A stretch of 64,000 bases of DNA from Emiliania huxleyi CCMP1516 (lineage: Eukaryota): assembly GCF_000372725.1 (NCBI RefSeq), contig NW_005201269.1, positions 248,001-312,000 of the forward strand. Reading direction: 5' to 3'. The stretch's first letter is position 1. Each line of letters opens with the position of its first letter. The position numbers and the translations under genes are program-made. Below are positions 12,643-25,590 of the stretch, piece by piece. The notes under the pieces are model-generated. The model was not told the origin of the DNA. It ran no database searches and saw only the letters and a program-made list of their open reading frames with translations.

Positions 12643-12900
12643 TTTCCCTGCGAACGCGCACCCCCAGGGCTAGGGCTTTCTTGCCCGTAACCCGATGCCA
12701 ATCATCCGGCCCGCTGGGTGCGCTTCTTAGCTCCCCGGCCCTGGATGTGCGGTTGCTAACTGCACACCAAGTGCTCCAAGTCTCTGCCTAAAGGGCACGT
12801 AATTAACCCGATGACAATCGTCCGGCCCGCTGGGTGCGCTTCTTAGCTCCCCGGCCCTGGACGTGCGGTTGATGACCGCACTCCAAGTGCTCCAAGTGCA
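12643..12900 (+). repeat. Repeat family B ending in (CCAAGTGCT)2, two adjacent copies
   Basis: CCGGCCCGCTGGGTGCGCTTCTTAGCTCCCCGGCCCTGG...CCAAGTGCTCCAAG occurs twice here, and also at 47495-47632 and 25494-25590(-). Confidence 0.8.
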
Positions 12901-13835
12901 CCGCTCACACACGGTCTCGCCGCCGCTCGCTGGGTGGGAAGGAATGTTGACGACACGTTGACCGACCGTGCAGATCACCTCGGAATGGCTCGCCCCAGCT
13001 CGCACTGTCCCGGGTTCCCTCGCCCATGGTAGGCAAAAAATGAAAAAAAGCGTAAGCGTGTGAGCTGTGAGTCTTCCCGCTGTTGTATTTTCGCTTGTAT
13101 GTAGGCAGACGAGCAAAAGAGCGAATCGGGGGGAATCGGAGCTGCCAGCCCCGGGAGGACGGGCGGTGGGACCCCGAGACTGGGGACTAAGCAAGTGTGC
13201 TTGCCTCCTTCCGCGTCTAGCTACCCCCCCCCCCCCCCCTCGCCCACAGCGTGGCGGCTCGGTCATCGGGGACACGAGATCCGGGAAGGGCATGGGGTCG
13301 CGCGGGCCCCCTGTCTGCAGCAGCAGTGCTAACTAGAACGCCAATTTCCGGATGTGGACCGGAGAGGGTCTACAATCTCAGAAACCCAAACACACACAGC
13401 CACGTGGCATAGGAGAGCAGGAGGTGAAGGAGGTCAGCACAAGTTGCAAGGACGCACGAGCGAGAAGCACAGCAGAGCAGACAGATGACGATTACCACCC
13501 AGCGCACGACCGCCAACTCTCCGGCGCAGGCCGCGAAAAATCGAGTCGGCGCAGCTCGGGCCGTGCGGCCAGATCGTGGAGTTTGACGCGGGCGCCCACG
13601 TATGGCTCCTGCGACTGCGACGCGCTTGACTGCAGGTCTGCCATGCTTCCGGATGTTACATGCGCACTGCCATTAGGAAGAAGTTTACAAAAAAAGAATT
13701 CCGTGGTAACCACCAGGTTCGACACAGGTATGTCACAGTACCAAAGGAGCAAAGAATTTTACAACAACTCCACGATCTGACGTCGGACGGCAGCGCGACG
13801 GGCTCACCATCGCGCTCAAGCCTGTCAACATCACC

Positions 13836-14365
13836 GTGCTCACGCGGCCGCCACCAGAGTCTCAACAGCGAGGTCGCTGCCTCGAAGTGAAGCCTGCTCC
13901 GCTTGCGGCTGCCCGCGACGCCATTCCTGTGCACGTGGCCACCGACGGCCTGCCGCTCTCGAAGGAGTCGGACGAGGTGGCGCTGCTAAAGACGACTCGC
14001 GGCTGGAAAACTGTGCGCGGCCTGAAGGCGTACACCAGAGACGCCACCTATCCGGACCTGTACTGCTACTTTGATGCCGCGGACACCGCCTCGCCGATCA
14101 ATCACTTTGCGATGCGCGCGTTCACCGCCTACCCGAATGACATTGGCGGCCTGCCCAAGCGCGGCATCCGCGGCGATGTGGTGTGCATTCGCCTCGAGCC
14201 TCCATCGGGCACGTGTGGCGGCGAAGGGCCCGGCGGGCCGATGACAGCCGCCGCATTCGATGACGGCGCCTCCGTGATGGGCCACCCGACCGAGACGAGC
14301 ATCGGTGTGGAGGAGATGCGCGACACGCTGCTCTTCTACACCGACCAGGATGCGCAGTCGATCGG
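13836..14365 (+). CDS. Hypothetical protein fragment
   Basis: Coding-like, non-low-complexity stretch (GWKTVRGLKAY..PDLYCYFD..PINHFA..IRGDVVCIRLEP..EEMRDTLLFY). No clear start or end. Confidence 0.4.
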
Positions 14366-15689
14366 CCCGCTTCCTCGCCTTGGGACAGCCTCGAGTAGTC
14401 GTCGACCCGGGCAACCGGGTACTGCGAGAGGGTGTGGCCCGCCCACTTGTTGTCCAGGGCAGGGCCGTGGCCCTCTTTGTCCAGAAGGGAGCGCGTTTGC
14501 TCAATCCATTTCTGTGCAAGGTGAGGTGCCGTCGCGGTTCCGTGCGGGAACAGCATCGGTTTCGACGATGCGTCGTCGCGTGTTGGGCTCAAATTGTGCG
14601 CTGGCGGGCTGGCCCCGGTGGCCGCCGCAACCATAGTGCTCCACGCACCGTCGGGTGCGTGGGCGGTAAGGAGGAGCCGCGCGGCGCGCGCGGCCCTTGG
14701 TGACTGACAAAAGTTGTTCAGGAATAGACTACAACACTTCGGCGACCGTCGGCGCGCCGATACGCCCGAAATAGCGATGCAATCGCGATAGCTCCCAAAT
14801 AGCAAATATATCCGCGCTCTCGGCGCGTATTCCGTATAGCCGCGCGCCGCGTAATCACGTAAAAGCAATCGAGTTGCTTTTACGTGACGTAATATCTCGG
14901 AGTTGGAAAGTGTGAATGCGCACCCGCGCATTCGGTCATGGAGAGGCACGCCCCTCGCTGGGCGTCACACTAGACTCTCTCACGGCAGCCTCGCCTGCCG
15001 CCGGATCGTCACCGCCGCAATACCTCTGAAACACCCACTCCGATGCTGTCGATCAGCGACTCGATCGTGTCACCTGTAGGTCGATCATCACACATCCCGG
15101 ACAGCACTGCCGTATCCTGAGGAGCGCTCTGCGAAGCAAATGTCCCCCGCCACCCATAGTGCTCGGCTCTCGCGCCCAGGCTATAGCCCGCGAGATATAC
15201 TCGCCTGTCAGGCGCCATGGCTCGTCCATCATTGAGAGGTCTGCCCCTCGCTGGGTGTCACTCTAAACCCTGGTTGGAAAAAACAATAAATTCTTTTTTC
15301 CGCACGCCAAGAGGCGCCTTTCTGCCCCAGGTAACTCGCCATGCCCGCCTCCTCCGCCGTGCCGCCGCCGCCGCCGTATAAGCTTATCAACGAGGAGTAC
15401 GGTGGCCACATTCTGCCAGGGCTCAAGCCGCTCTGTGGTGCGCCGGCGAGCAAAGGGAAGGGCGGCGGCATGACCACGAGCAGCGTGTCGGCTTGAGTGT
15501 GCTGCTTGGGTCGAAGAGCGAAGTGGGCGCGAAGTGGTCCTCGAATGTACCCCTTGTTGGAGCTTGGAGTGTGACCCCGAACCCCATCTCGACTGTTGCC
15601 TGACCAGTGCTCGTTGTCATCGCCTTAGTTAGGTAGGGAGATGAAGACACAGTCAGGCTCGGACTGGACACCAACGCGCGGTATGGCTA

Positions 15690-15868
15690 TGGGATTGGGT
15701 GGACGCGGGACACTGCGCAAAACTGCTGCTCCACGACACCACGAGACGTTCGGCGGCGGCTTCTCGCCCACCGCCGTTCTCAAGCTGCGCCGCCTCGCGC
15801 GCAAAGTCGCGCGCGGCAGCGTTGACCGCACGGCCTACTCGTCCAAGTACTCGCTCTCTTTTATTTAG
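15690..15868 (+). pseudogene. Possible C-terminal fragment of a non-LTR retrotransposon restriction-like endonuclease (RLE) domain
   Basis: HETFGGGFSPTAVLKLRRLARK..DRTAY resembles the E-T-x-G-G motif at the end of RLE-type elements. Confidence 0.35.
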
Positions 15869-16115
15869 GCGCGCGATACATGTTTATGTCCCACCATGCA
15901 GACCGCACGCATCTCTCTCTCCTCCTAGTCTCTCTCTCTCTCTGTGTGTGTTGTGCGAGACGTGAACCGCGCCATTCGCTCTCACCTGCCTCGCAACCCT
16001 ACAAGGCTAACCCTACAAGGCCCAAAGTGCGAAAAAAGAAACCAATCGAAACTCGGCGTTTTCAGTGCACCCCGGCGGACCATCAGTGTCGGCCTTGACC
16101 TTCGTGCCGTTGGTG

Positions 16116-17666
16116 ATGGCGGACGAGGAGCAGGGAGTCACCGAGGACGACGAGAAGGTCACCGAGGACCGCGCGACGATGACTCCCAAGCTTCGCGGGC
16201 GACTCCTCGAGTGCACGTCCTGCGGCTTGATGCCCGCGTCCAGGGAGAAGCGTGGCTGTTGCCACCATTTGGTCGCCGGAACGGACGGCGACGTGTCGGA
16301 GGTGGTGACCTGGGTGTGGAACTCGGAATTGCCACAATTCGCCGCGATGCCGAAAATCACTTTGGGCCCCGACGTCGACACTTCTGGTACGACCGACTAC
16401 AAGTGCAAGAGCCTCCACACCTGGGCGATGATCTACAGGCGCAGCCTGCCGCCTGCGCCCATTCATTACCACCCGTTAGATCGCACTGCACAGCATTCGG
16501 GATGCCGCTCACTCCCCGCCACACCGCACGCTCTGGCAGCCTCTCGACTGGGCATGTGTGCAACCAGCCCGTCCTTCTCTCCGTCACGATCGTGATGCTC
16601 CAGTCGTTGCTCGTTTTCGCGATGCTCTTCACCGAGTTCTTCAACGAGGTTGACGACTACTCCACGACGTCAGCCATCGAGACGATGTTTGACTTCAAGT
16701 GGGACACGTTGCCGGGCCTTGCACAGTGCGCTGCCACCGTGGTGTCCCTCCTCCTCCTGCCATCCTTCATGGTGGTCTCCCTCGCGCACCTCAAGGGCGT
16801 GCAGGAACTCCCCTATCAGCGCTTGCTGCTCCACACCGCGTGGGCGTCTACACACACCTACGGGTGCTCTGGGCACCCTCCCAAGCTCCTCATCGTAGCT
16901 TGGATCGCGCACCTGACGCTGCTCGTGACCACGGTGCTGCCGACTCTGATCTTTGTGACTGCCGCCGCCGTCGCTACGAGCAGCGACCAAGTCGCCTTCG
17001 ACAAGGCCACGCGACACCTCGGCCGTGCACCTCTGTTACACCTCCACCAGAGTCGGCACCGTCGACCGCGCGAGATCACCGCTCGCCCCGCTGCCTGCAG
17101 GTCCTGCTGCTGGGCGTCGTCTCGAGCTTTGTCATGTCAATCGACGAAAAGGGGCTGGACATCATTACTTTCATGGCCCCAAAGACAAAGTCATCTATTG
17201 GGGTCCTCGTCGTGACTCCGGACGCTGCGTGGGTGGCAGCTGCAAAGCCGCGGCAGGCCGCCCTCGTCATGTTCGTGTTCGAGTTCGCGCTGATCATTCT
17301 CATTGCGGTAGTTCCGCGGTACTGGGAGGTGTGCCGGGAGCCGCACGTGCAGCAGCGCGGGCTCGACACCTAAGGACCGCGCCACTTCGTCCGAGGCCGT
17401 CTAGCCCCCCTCCCTCGCTCCCCGTCCGCGCAGGCTTGGCTGCTATTTCCCCTCGGCGTTGCCCTGCTCGGTGTCTTTCAGGCACGCGGGCCACGTTGTC
17501 TGACCACTTCACCCCCTATAACAACGCACCTTCCCCGCATCCTCGATTCCTTAGTTTTTCTTCGTCCCCTTCGGGACGGGCACCCGCGGCTACACGCGCC
17601 AAATCATGGGCTGCTGCTTCCTCATCAACCTTGGGATCCAAATCGCGGTCCTTTGGCCCTTCCTGA
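16116..17666 (+). CDS. Multi-exon polytopic membrane protein of unknown function
   Basis: Successive ORFs carry hydrophobic helices (VLLSVTIVMLQSLLVFAMLF, LLIVAWIAHLTLLVTTVLPTLIFV, LVMFVFEFALIILIAVV) and are linked by plausible introns ending in CAG. Confidence 0.6.
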
Positions 17667-18261
17667 CCGGCCAGGATGACCTTGCAAGCCGCATTGTCAG
17701 CGCGGCTCTCGACGAAGACTACTAAGCGGGGTTCGAAGTCGTACGTGTCGTGTGTTGTGTGCTCTCCCAACGCCCTCTCTCTGTGCGCGCGCTCCGCGCT
17801 CTCTAGCCCTGTGCCATCTCCGCGACATGGCCCTCCATCACCATGCGTGCGCCAGTGCGCGGCTCCCCGTCCCCCCGCCCTGCGCTGGGCAATTTAGGGG
17901 CACACACTGAACGTCTGTTTACCTTATTGGGAGAAATCAAAAAAGGGAGAGCAGAGGGAGCAACGTGTGTTCTCTAGGCCCCTGGTCCCTGGATGGTATA
18001 CTGCGTATTTGTTAAAGTAGAGTAGAATGGTGAAAAAAACTAAAAAAGGCCCCGCAGTGCCCAGGGGCGAGGTGGAGCGCTTGTCGAACGAAGATCCGGA
18101 GAATCAAGATCGGACTTCTTCGGACACGGAGCATCACCCTGAGCCTGCGGTTCCGGCCCCGCGGCTGTAGTAAAGGTACAACACATATCTGGGTGCGGGC
18201 CGAATGGCTACGACCGCGGCAATCTCCGGAGCACCAGCTTCCTCTAAAGTAGATCGGGTGC

Positions 18262-19996
18262 TCACTTTTGCTTGTGGGCCGCGGGCGCCAGCTTGTCGAC
18301 GATGGCTGCTAGGGGCTGCTCCGCCCCCGCGCGGGACAGCGCCGGGGTGGCACGGCGGCGGGTGGGGCGGGCGAGGATGCGGCGGAAGAGCCGGAGCAGC
18401 CGCGTCGGCCGGGATGCCGCGCCGATCCCGGCGGGGGAGGAGGAGGCGAGGCGCTGGGCGGTGAGGGGGACCAGGCTGAGGACCAGGCGAGTGGCCGAGA
18501 TTTTGAGGGGGGCCCCCCCGAGGGCGCACATCGCCTCGCGGGGTCCTGCCCNNNNNNNNNNNNNNNNNNNNNNNNNNNNNNNNNNNNNNNNNNNNNNNNN
18601 NNNNNNNNNNNNNNNNNNNNNNNNNNNNNNNNNNNNNNNNNNNNNNNNNNNNNNNNNNNNNNNNNNNNNNNNNNNNNNNNNNNNNNNNNNNNNNNNNNNN
18701 NNNNNNNNNNNNNNNNNNNNNNNNNNNNNNNNNNNNNNNNNNNNNNNNNNNNNNNNNNNGAGGGAGAGGGGGGGGAGGGGGAAGGGAGCGCCTCCTCCGC
18801 GCTGGCGGGCGTCGGACACACGCCGCACGACAGCCGGCAGCTCTGCAGCATGTACGCCGGGTTGTTCTTGCAGTGGCCATCTCGCGCCCACACCGGGCAC
18901 TGCAGGCCTACGTGGCCAATACACCGACATCAGGGCGGGAGGACGGCACTGTGCAGTGTCTCCAGAGCACCGCGTGAAGACGAGGGGCCACGAGTGCAGT
19001 GAGTACAGCGAATTCGAGCGGAATACGTGTCCTCTCGAGCGCTGGTTGGGAGACAAGAGGACGTCTTCGGCTTCTAGGACTGCGGGCTCGTATCCACGCA
19101 TGGCGTGGGTGGCGGAGACGGCGTCGGGGGCGCCGCCCGCCGCCCGCCCGCCGCCGCGTCGCTCCCGCCAAACCAGCAGAGCGCATACCTGTGGTGTGTC
19201 GAGGGGGGCGTCGAGGGGGGCGTCGAGGGGTGTGGGATCTCGAGCGGCCGGGGGGGAGGGGGTGGGGGTGTGGGGGGGGGGGGGGTTCGAGGCGAGGAGC
19301 CGTGTGAGGTCTATCGGCGCTAAGCCACGATCACGGGGCGGCGGATCCTCCTTCGGCGACGAGTTCCTCACGTGCAAGCCGAGGGCTATAAGGCGCGTAC
19401 GTTGCGAGGAAGAGCTCGAGCACGCGCATCGCCCGCTTGCCGCGCAAGACTAGGGCGGCGAGGTAGGTGGCGCAGGCGCCGCCCGCCAGCAGGTGCATCG
19501 GCCGGAAGACCGGCTCTGCAAACGTGTCCTCGCACCCCCAGTCCCAGTCCCCCGCGTCCCACAGGTGCACCGCCATCTCGCGCGCGGGTCGCAGCGCGTC
19601 GGCGTCGCCCTCGCCGCACTGGACCTTGCGAGCCATGAGGACGAGCGAGAGGGCCGCGAGCAGCAGCAACGAGGCCAGATCCGCGCAGCCCGTGAACATA
19701 GGCACCGCCACGCGGCCGCACGAGGACCCACACGAATAAGCGGTCCTCTCCCAGCCCCCGGCATCCGGCCCTGCTGTCAGCTGCTCAGCCCGAGCCTCGG
19801 CGGCTCCGCAGGGAGCCTCGGCGGTGAATGAGGCCGTCGCCGCCGCGATTCCCTCCTCAAACTGCTGCCTCACCGTCGGCGACTCCCCCTCCTCAGCCGC
19901 GAAAAGAGCGTCCGTCCACGGGGGCGAGCGGTCTCCGGTAGAGCGGCGCGTTCCACCGTTGAACGAATCCCTCGAAAAGCGCGATCGGCTCGCCAT
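18262..19996 (-). CDS. Membrane protein with an ShKT domain; spans an assembly gap
   Basis: Removing intron 18908-19087 gives CVDTSLQCPVWARDGHCKNNPAYMLQSCRLSCGVC, a complete ShKT pattern. There are upstream hydrophobic segments. The 3' end is uncertain. Confidence 0.6.
18552..18759. other. Assembly gap (N run)
   Basis: Run of Ns. Confidence 1.
18908..19078 (-). mobile_element. Introner-like element, copy 2
   Basis: On the minus strand it runs CCTAGAAGCC...CACGTAG. It shares a long near-identical core with 1731-1912 and is flanked by GCCCGCAGT/GCCTGCAGT. Confidence 0.8.
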
Positions 19997-20973
19997 TTGT
20001 GAAGAGCGCCGTCACGAAAGAGAATTTTCACCGCTTCCGTCCACACAAACACAACCCCGGACCTTCCGTCCACGCATCGCTCACTGTCACGACACTAGAG
20101 AAGAGACACTCTCTCTCGACACTAGGCACGGGACTGGCGCGCACAGGCACTAGCACAGGAGCACAGAGCGCAACAGACAGGACGGCGGCGACGGCGGACA
20201 TGGCAGAGACGAGTGTGAAACAAAGGGCGGCGGGGATGGAGGGCGGCGGCGACGAGGACAGTGACGGTGACGATGGCGAGGGAGAGGAAGGGGGTCCACT
20301 AACACCGGACAGCGAGAGGGGCAGGGAGGAAAGTGGGAGAGAGGAAGCCAACGCGACGTGCGCAGAGGATGGGGATATAAACTGGGGCGACGCAGCGGGG
20401 AGGGGATAGACGAGGGAATCGAGGGGCCGGAGGGCTTTCGCGACAGCGACGATGACGACGAAGGAACGGGAGGAGACGGAGGGGCGACACGCAGGAGGAG
20501 CGAAATCGCGCGAACGGCCCGAGCCAAGAGGGCGACGGCGAGGCACGGGACGAGGGAACAACGGAGACGCTACCGATGACGCGAACCGAGGCACGGGCGA
20601 CGGCGGGGTCACGGGGAAGGCGACAGCGACGTCGAGGTTGACGCAACGGTATCGAGAGCGCCACCCAAAAGGAGGCGGACAGCCATGGAGGTCACCGAAT
20701 GGAGGGCGAACGGCACGATACGAAAAGGCAGGGCGAGGCGGATGGAGAAAGAAGTGCCGAGAAGGCCATGGTGGAGGGGAGGGACGGGAGGACGAAAGAA
20801 GGGCGAGGAGGACGAGCGGCCCGCACAGACTGCGAGCAGACAGCGCCTGATGGCCATTTCGAGACATTCGCAAAGAACGCTAGCTACATGGGAGGGCTTC
20901 GTGAAGGGTGGATTGAAACACATTCGAACAAAGAAGAGGCGACGGGAGGAACCGGCAGAGGATGCAGTGACGT

Positions 20974-21144
<171 letters not shown>

Positions 21145-21348
21145 GCTCACCCACGCGCACTGGGCCTTGCACTTTGAATGCCGTGGGGCTCCTGTCGTCA
21201 GACGTGGAGACGCGAGGGTTGCCCCCCCTTGCCCCACCACCTCGTGTGTGTGGAGAAGTTGGTACACGACGGGAGCCGCCTAAGCGACTCCTGCCTGCGA
21301 GGACAGCCCATCATGAAGTGGACCGGAAACACCACTTCGCACTGCGGG

Positions 21349-23735
21349 CTATCTAAGGTGAAAGGACCTCATTTGGGCGTCGAATCGCGAGAAGGCGAAG
21401 CGAGTATCGTACGGCGAAGCCACCTCGTACATGGATACGCTCCCTTCAATCGCGCCCTGCGCCTGCGCAGCTGTCTTGAAATGGCCCCGCTCGGGGTACC
21501 AGTCCTTGGCTCCAAAGCGCGGCGAGGTGGAGGAGAAGGTCTGCCCGACAATGCCGTGCGGCAGTGCTCGGGCGGCCGTGCCTTCCGCCGCGCTGATGCT
21601 GACATCGAGCCGGTGGCGCGGGCCGGAGACACGCTCGTACACGTGGTTGCCTATACAGAACAATCGTTGCACGCGTGGGGGTGAACCCGCCAGGACAGGA
21701 GATACCTTTGTGGTGGCATCACCGCGCAAGACAAAGGTCCAGCCGCGCGCGGAGAAGTTGGCGCTCGAGAAGCGAGACTGCACGAGCGCGTCCTCGCACA
21801 GCCTCCGAAACGCGATGCCGCCCTCGAAGGGTTTCAGGGAGCCACAGGTACCGCGTAGGTAGGTGAAGCCGGCGTTCTGTTCGGTGAGCTCGGAGGCGAG
21901 GTAGGAGACGTTGAGCCACTTCTTGTATATACCCGCGCACCTGCCCCGCGGCGCCTCGGCCGGGCACGCGCCCGCGCCGGCTACGAGGTGCGCCTCTGTG
22001 ATGAAGGAGCCGTCTACAGTGAGCTTTCCCCCGTGCAACATGAAAGTGGCGTCCTCTGTCCTGACATTGAGCGAGATGCCCGGCGCGGAGAAGAAGTTGT
22101 AGTAGGCGCCGTCGCGGCCGCGGAGGTCTGCCGTCCCGCCGTGCGCAAAATGGAGGTGCGGATCTTGCTTCGCGCCGCCGCCGATGGCCGTGCTGACGGC
22201 GGATTGGCTGACAGACGGCTCGCTGACGCTCGCCCCAAAGGCGGTGCCCGTGGTAGCAGCATCGCTCTCCAGAAAGCTCTGAGCGGCGGTTTGAACGGCG
22301 CCCGCATTTTCCGCGGTGGTGCCCAAGGTGACGGTCACTTCTGCGCTGTCCAAGCGGCGGCGGCGGGTTGAAGGGACGGTGGCGCACGTGACGTTGGTGT
22401 TGTTGATGGCCACGCCGGAATGCTCTGCCATCTGGTTTCGAATGTTCGATTCGAGGGCTGGGGTGCACGCGGCGTTCACTTTGAATGTGGCCACGACGTG
22501 ATGCGTCACTGCGACGGAAGACAGGGCGGGCGCCTGCGGCGGCATCGGGGGCGATGGCGGCTGCAAACGTGGCGGCGTTAGCACCTTGTCGACACGTAGC
22601 TTCTCCATGAGGAAGAGCTGCGCGCCTGTTCGCAGTCACGCCCGCGGTGAGGCGCCCCTCCGCGCGTTCTCGTGGAGGGCAGACGCCGCGCGCCGAGCGT
22701 CCACCCGGTCGAGTAGCCGTTCAGCTTCCGAGCGAACGTCACCTAATGGTCCGAGGTCCCGGGGTGCGGGGCCGGGACTTGGGAGCAGCCACTGCGCGCC
22801 GTATTGTTCGCCGATGTGTCGTCGGGTGGGATGCTGTACGCCTCGAGCAAGGACGAGACGTATGCGCTCATGAAGCAGTACACGCTCGTGTACTCGCCCG
22901 CGATCTCGGACCACGGCTTGGCGCACCACTCTGCGCCGGCCTCTGCAATCTGATGCGGGGAGATTGCCTTTGTTTCACTCCACCCGACGAGCCCGATACC
23001 ATTGACCGTGTAGAAGAAGGCGTTGGCGGCGTAGAACTGCACGCCCGAAGGCGTCGGCTGGTACACGCCGTGCGCCGCGCACGGCTCGAGCAGGCACTCG
23101 TTGTGCAGGTTGAGGATCGCGTCGGTGGCGTTTTTGCAGGCGTCAAAGTCTCCGGCACCGTGCACGGTGTACTGGCACGTGCCTTCGCCAGAGGGACACG
23201 CGAGGTCAAAGGTCTGAACGAGGCCCTCGTTGTAGCAGGCGCTCTCCAGCAGGCCGCCCAGCTCGCCCGGCGCCTCTTGCAGCCTGCGGCGGTCGCTCAT
23301 CCATGGGTCGTACGAAGTCGCCTTGACGTGCCGCGCCTGGGCCTCGTTCTGCCCCGAGAGCATGTACGAGTGCGAGTAGAGGCGGTAGGGGTCGCCGTCG
23401 GCAGTGACGCGATACGCGTTGCCAAGGATGACGCCGCCCTCGGGGTCAAAGGTGATCTGGGTCGACGCGCCCCCAAGATCGAGGGCGCCGAGGTAGGGCG
23501 CCGCCTCGCCGCTGCTCGAGCTGAGGATGTACTTCACCGACATCCAGTTGAAGATGCCCTCGTACTCGCCACCGATGGTGAGGCTCGAGCCATAGACGAA
23601 GGCGCTCGACCTGTAAAGGGGATGTTCCGAAAGGTTCAGGGGCGGTTGCAGAGCTGGCCGAGGGGGAAGAGGTGAGGCGCGCGGCTGCCGTATGGCGGCT
23701 TCGACGACGCTCCAGATGGCGGTCTGCTGGACGCG
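21349..23735 (-). CDS. GDA1/CD39 NTPDase (apyrase) C-terminal half fused to a Pro-rich linker and an extracellular-type module; 5' end missing
   Basis: Apyrase conserved regions are ACR3 (TIGGEYEGIFNW), ACR4 (GALDLGGASTQITF) and ACR5 (GWTLGA). These splice into QLFLMEKLR..PPSPPMPP..RRRRL..DPHLHFAHGGTADLRG. ACR1 and ACR2 were not found. Confidence 0.7.
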
Positions 23736-23941
23736 CTAGACAGATGATGACGACACGCACGAGCGACACGAGAAGGCTTCCGAGAATCGGATAGCCCACG
23801 GCACCATGCCCCGCTTCCTTTCACCGAGGTGGTGGACAGGTGGGGATGGGTGGGTGGGCATTTTAAGAAAGAAGGCTCTCTGGATGCTGTGATGAAATTC
23901 GATGAAATGAAGTAGCTAGCTAGATAGATGCTAGTGCAGAT

Positions 23942-23995
23942 GGGGTCCCGTACCATGCGGAATCGACCCTATCCAGTGCTCAAGTGCTCAAGTGC
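23942..23995 (+). repeat. Repeat family A end (GGGGTCCCGTACCATGCGGAATCGACCCTATC-CAGTGCTCAAGTGCTCAAG)
   Basis: Near-identical at ~39531-39581 and ~59268-59319. Confidence 0.85.
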
Positions 23996-24089
23996 AGATA
24001 GCTCTATTGTAGAAGACCGAGTCATAAAAGAATTAAACAAGAACTCTCATAAAAGAATTAAACAAGAACTCTCATAAAAGAAGGGAACC

Positions 24090-24956
24090 ATGACCCAGCA
24101 GATGATCCTCGATGATACCGCCCCGGCTGGTTGCCAAACACTCTGCCGACTGCTCTTCTGCGCCCTTCGTGAGAACATGAACGCGTCGACGGGTCTGCCG
24201 TATTTCGATGACAGCGTCGTTGGGTGCAAGATCACCGGCTTCACTTCTAACGATGGATCCCACGACATTATCAAGCTCGTCGATTCGCGCGACGACATCA
24301 AGCATGAGATCTGGGCTGGCGTGCCGAACGCGGATGGCGCTGGCTTCTTCAACTTGAAGAGTGTCACCGCCGCAACCATCGTCGGCCAGAGCATCAAATC
24401 CGTCGGCCTCGCGCTCTTCCGAGCGTCCGGTGAGCTGTTCATCCAGCCGCACCTCGACCCTGCGCCAGCGCACCTTTTCCGCGGGCCATCCGCCGCCAAA
24501 TCGGGCGAGCGCATGGGCGTCGCGTTCGTGCTGAGCGGTGGCGGCACCGTCTTTCCGACGCGCGACCGGGCGGGACAAGAGCCCATCGGCTGCATGCTGA
24601 TGTGCGAGGATGGCGAGGACGTCACCGACGTGGACTGGCCAGCGCACACATTCAAGTCGGTGGGCGCGCTCGCGGACGAGCGTGACATCAAGCGGCGCCA
24701 GGACGCCGCCGACCTTGCGGCGCGCAAGTGCGCCTGCGGCAACTTTAAGACCCCAGGACACGTCGACGGGCTGTGCAACGCGTGCCGCAGCAAGGCGGCG
24801 CCCAGCCCGTCGACGAGCGCGGCCTCCAAGCGCAAAAGCGCCGAGCCGGAAAACCCTTTCGACAATGTCAACGTGTGCCCGCACTGCTCAAAGGACCTCT
24901 CGGCGCTCGGGCCGCTGCGCACCGAGCGCCACATCACGCGATGCGATCAGGCCTGA
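24090..24956 (+). CDS. Intronless putative 2OG-Fe(II) oxygenase-like protein with two C-terminal zinc fingers
   Basis: 288-aa ORF with IQPHLD (HxD), GGGTVFP and a later His (WPAHTF). The C-terminus has CACGNFKTPGHVDGLCNAC and CPHCSKDL..RHITRC. Confidence 0.6.
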   Translation: MTQQMILDDTAPAGCQTLCRLLFCALRENMNASTGLPYFDDSVVGCKITGFTSNDGSHDIIKLVDSRDDIKHEIWAGVPNADGAGFFNLKSVTAATIVGQSIKSVGLALFRASGELFIQPHLDPAPAHLFRGPSAAKSGERMGVAFVLSGGGTVFPTRDRAGQEPIGCMLMCEDGEDVTDVDWPAHTFKSVGALADERDIKRRQDAADLAARKCACGNFKTPGHVDGLCNACRSKAAPSPSTSAASKRKSAEPENPFDNVNVCPHCSKDLSALGPLRTERHITRCDQA

Positions 24957-25493
24957 CCGCCTGACAGGGCAAGTTCCATGGCGTTGTGGACCTCAAGCAA
25001 GACAACCAGCCGCTTGGATATGGTGTGTGTTTGTGGCAAGCTCGCAATACGCAAAGACCAAAGTGCCGGGCGCGCGCCGAACATTTTTCGTTTGCGGTTT
25101 GGGTGGCGCCCCGCGGCGCGGGACGCGTGAAATCGACCACCGCGCCGTCACACGCTGAATATACGAGCCGAGGTTCGCCGAGAAGCGCGCTCCACTCGTG
25201 CGGTGCGGTTCGTACAGACTCCCGGACTGAGCCATACACGGCTACAGTACCTGTACAGTACTCAGTAGCCACACACGGACACGGTAAAAGTACCAGTACG
25301 GTAGTCGGTGGTACCGTACAGCTACGGCTTTATCACTCACAAGTCTCACGAATTATGTCCTGGGGAGTCCGTGCATGTGAGCAAAGTCCAAAGAAAATCA
25401 AGGCCTTCAGTCGTTCGTACGTACGTAGGGGAAAGGAGTGAGTGTGTGTGGTCCTAGCTAGCGCTTTGCTTCAGTTCGCGAGAACGCACGTCA

Positions 25494-25590
25494 GGCACTT
25501 GGAGCACTTGGAGTGCAGTCATTAGCCTCACATCCAGGGCCGGGGGGCTAAGAATCACACCCAGCGAGCCAGATGATCGGGATCGGGCGC
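25494..25590 (-). repeat. Repeat family B, diverged inverted copy
   Basis: GCACTTGGAGCACTTGGAGTGCAGTCATT..CACATCCAGGGCCGGGG is the reverse complement of the family B end. Confidence 0.75.

Noticed and set aside
19999..20873. Purine-rich ORFs with acidic stretches
   Set aside because: Low complexity, no domain, and inconsistent frames.
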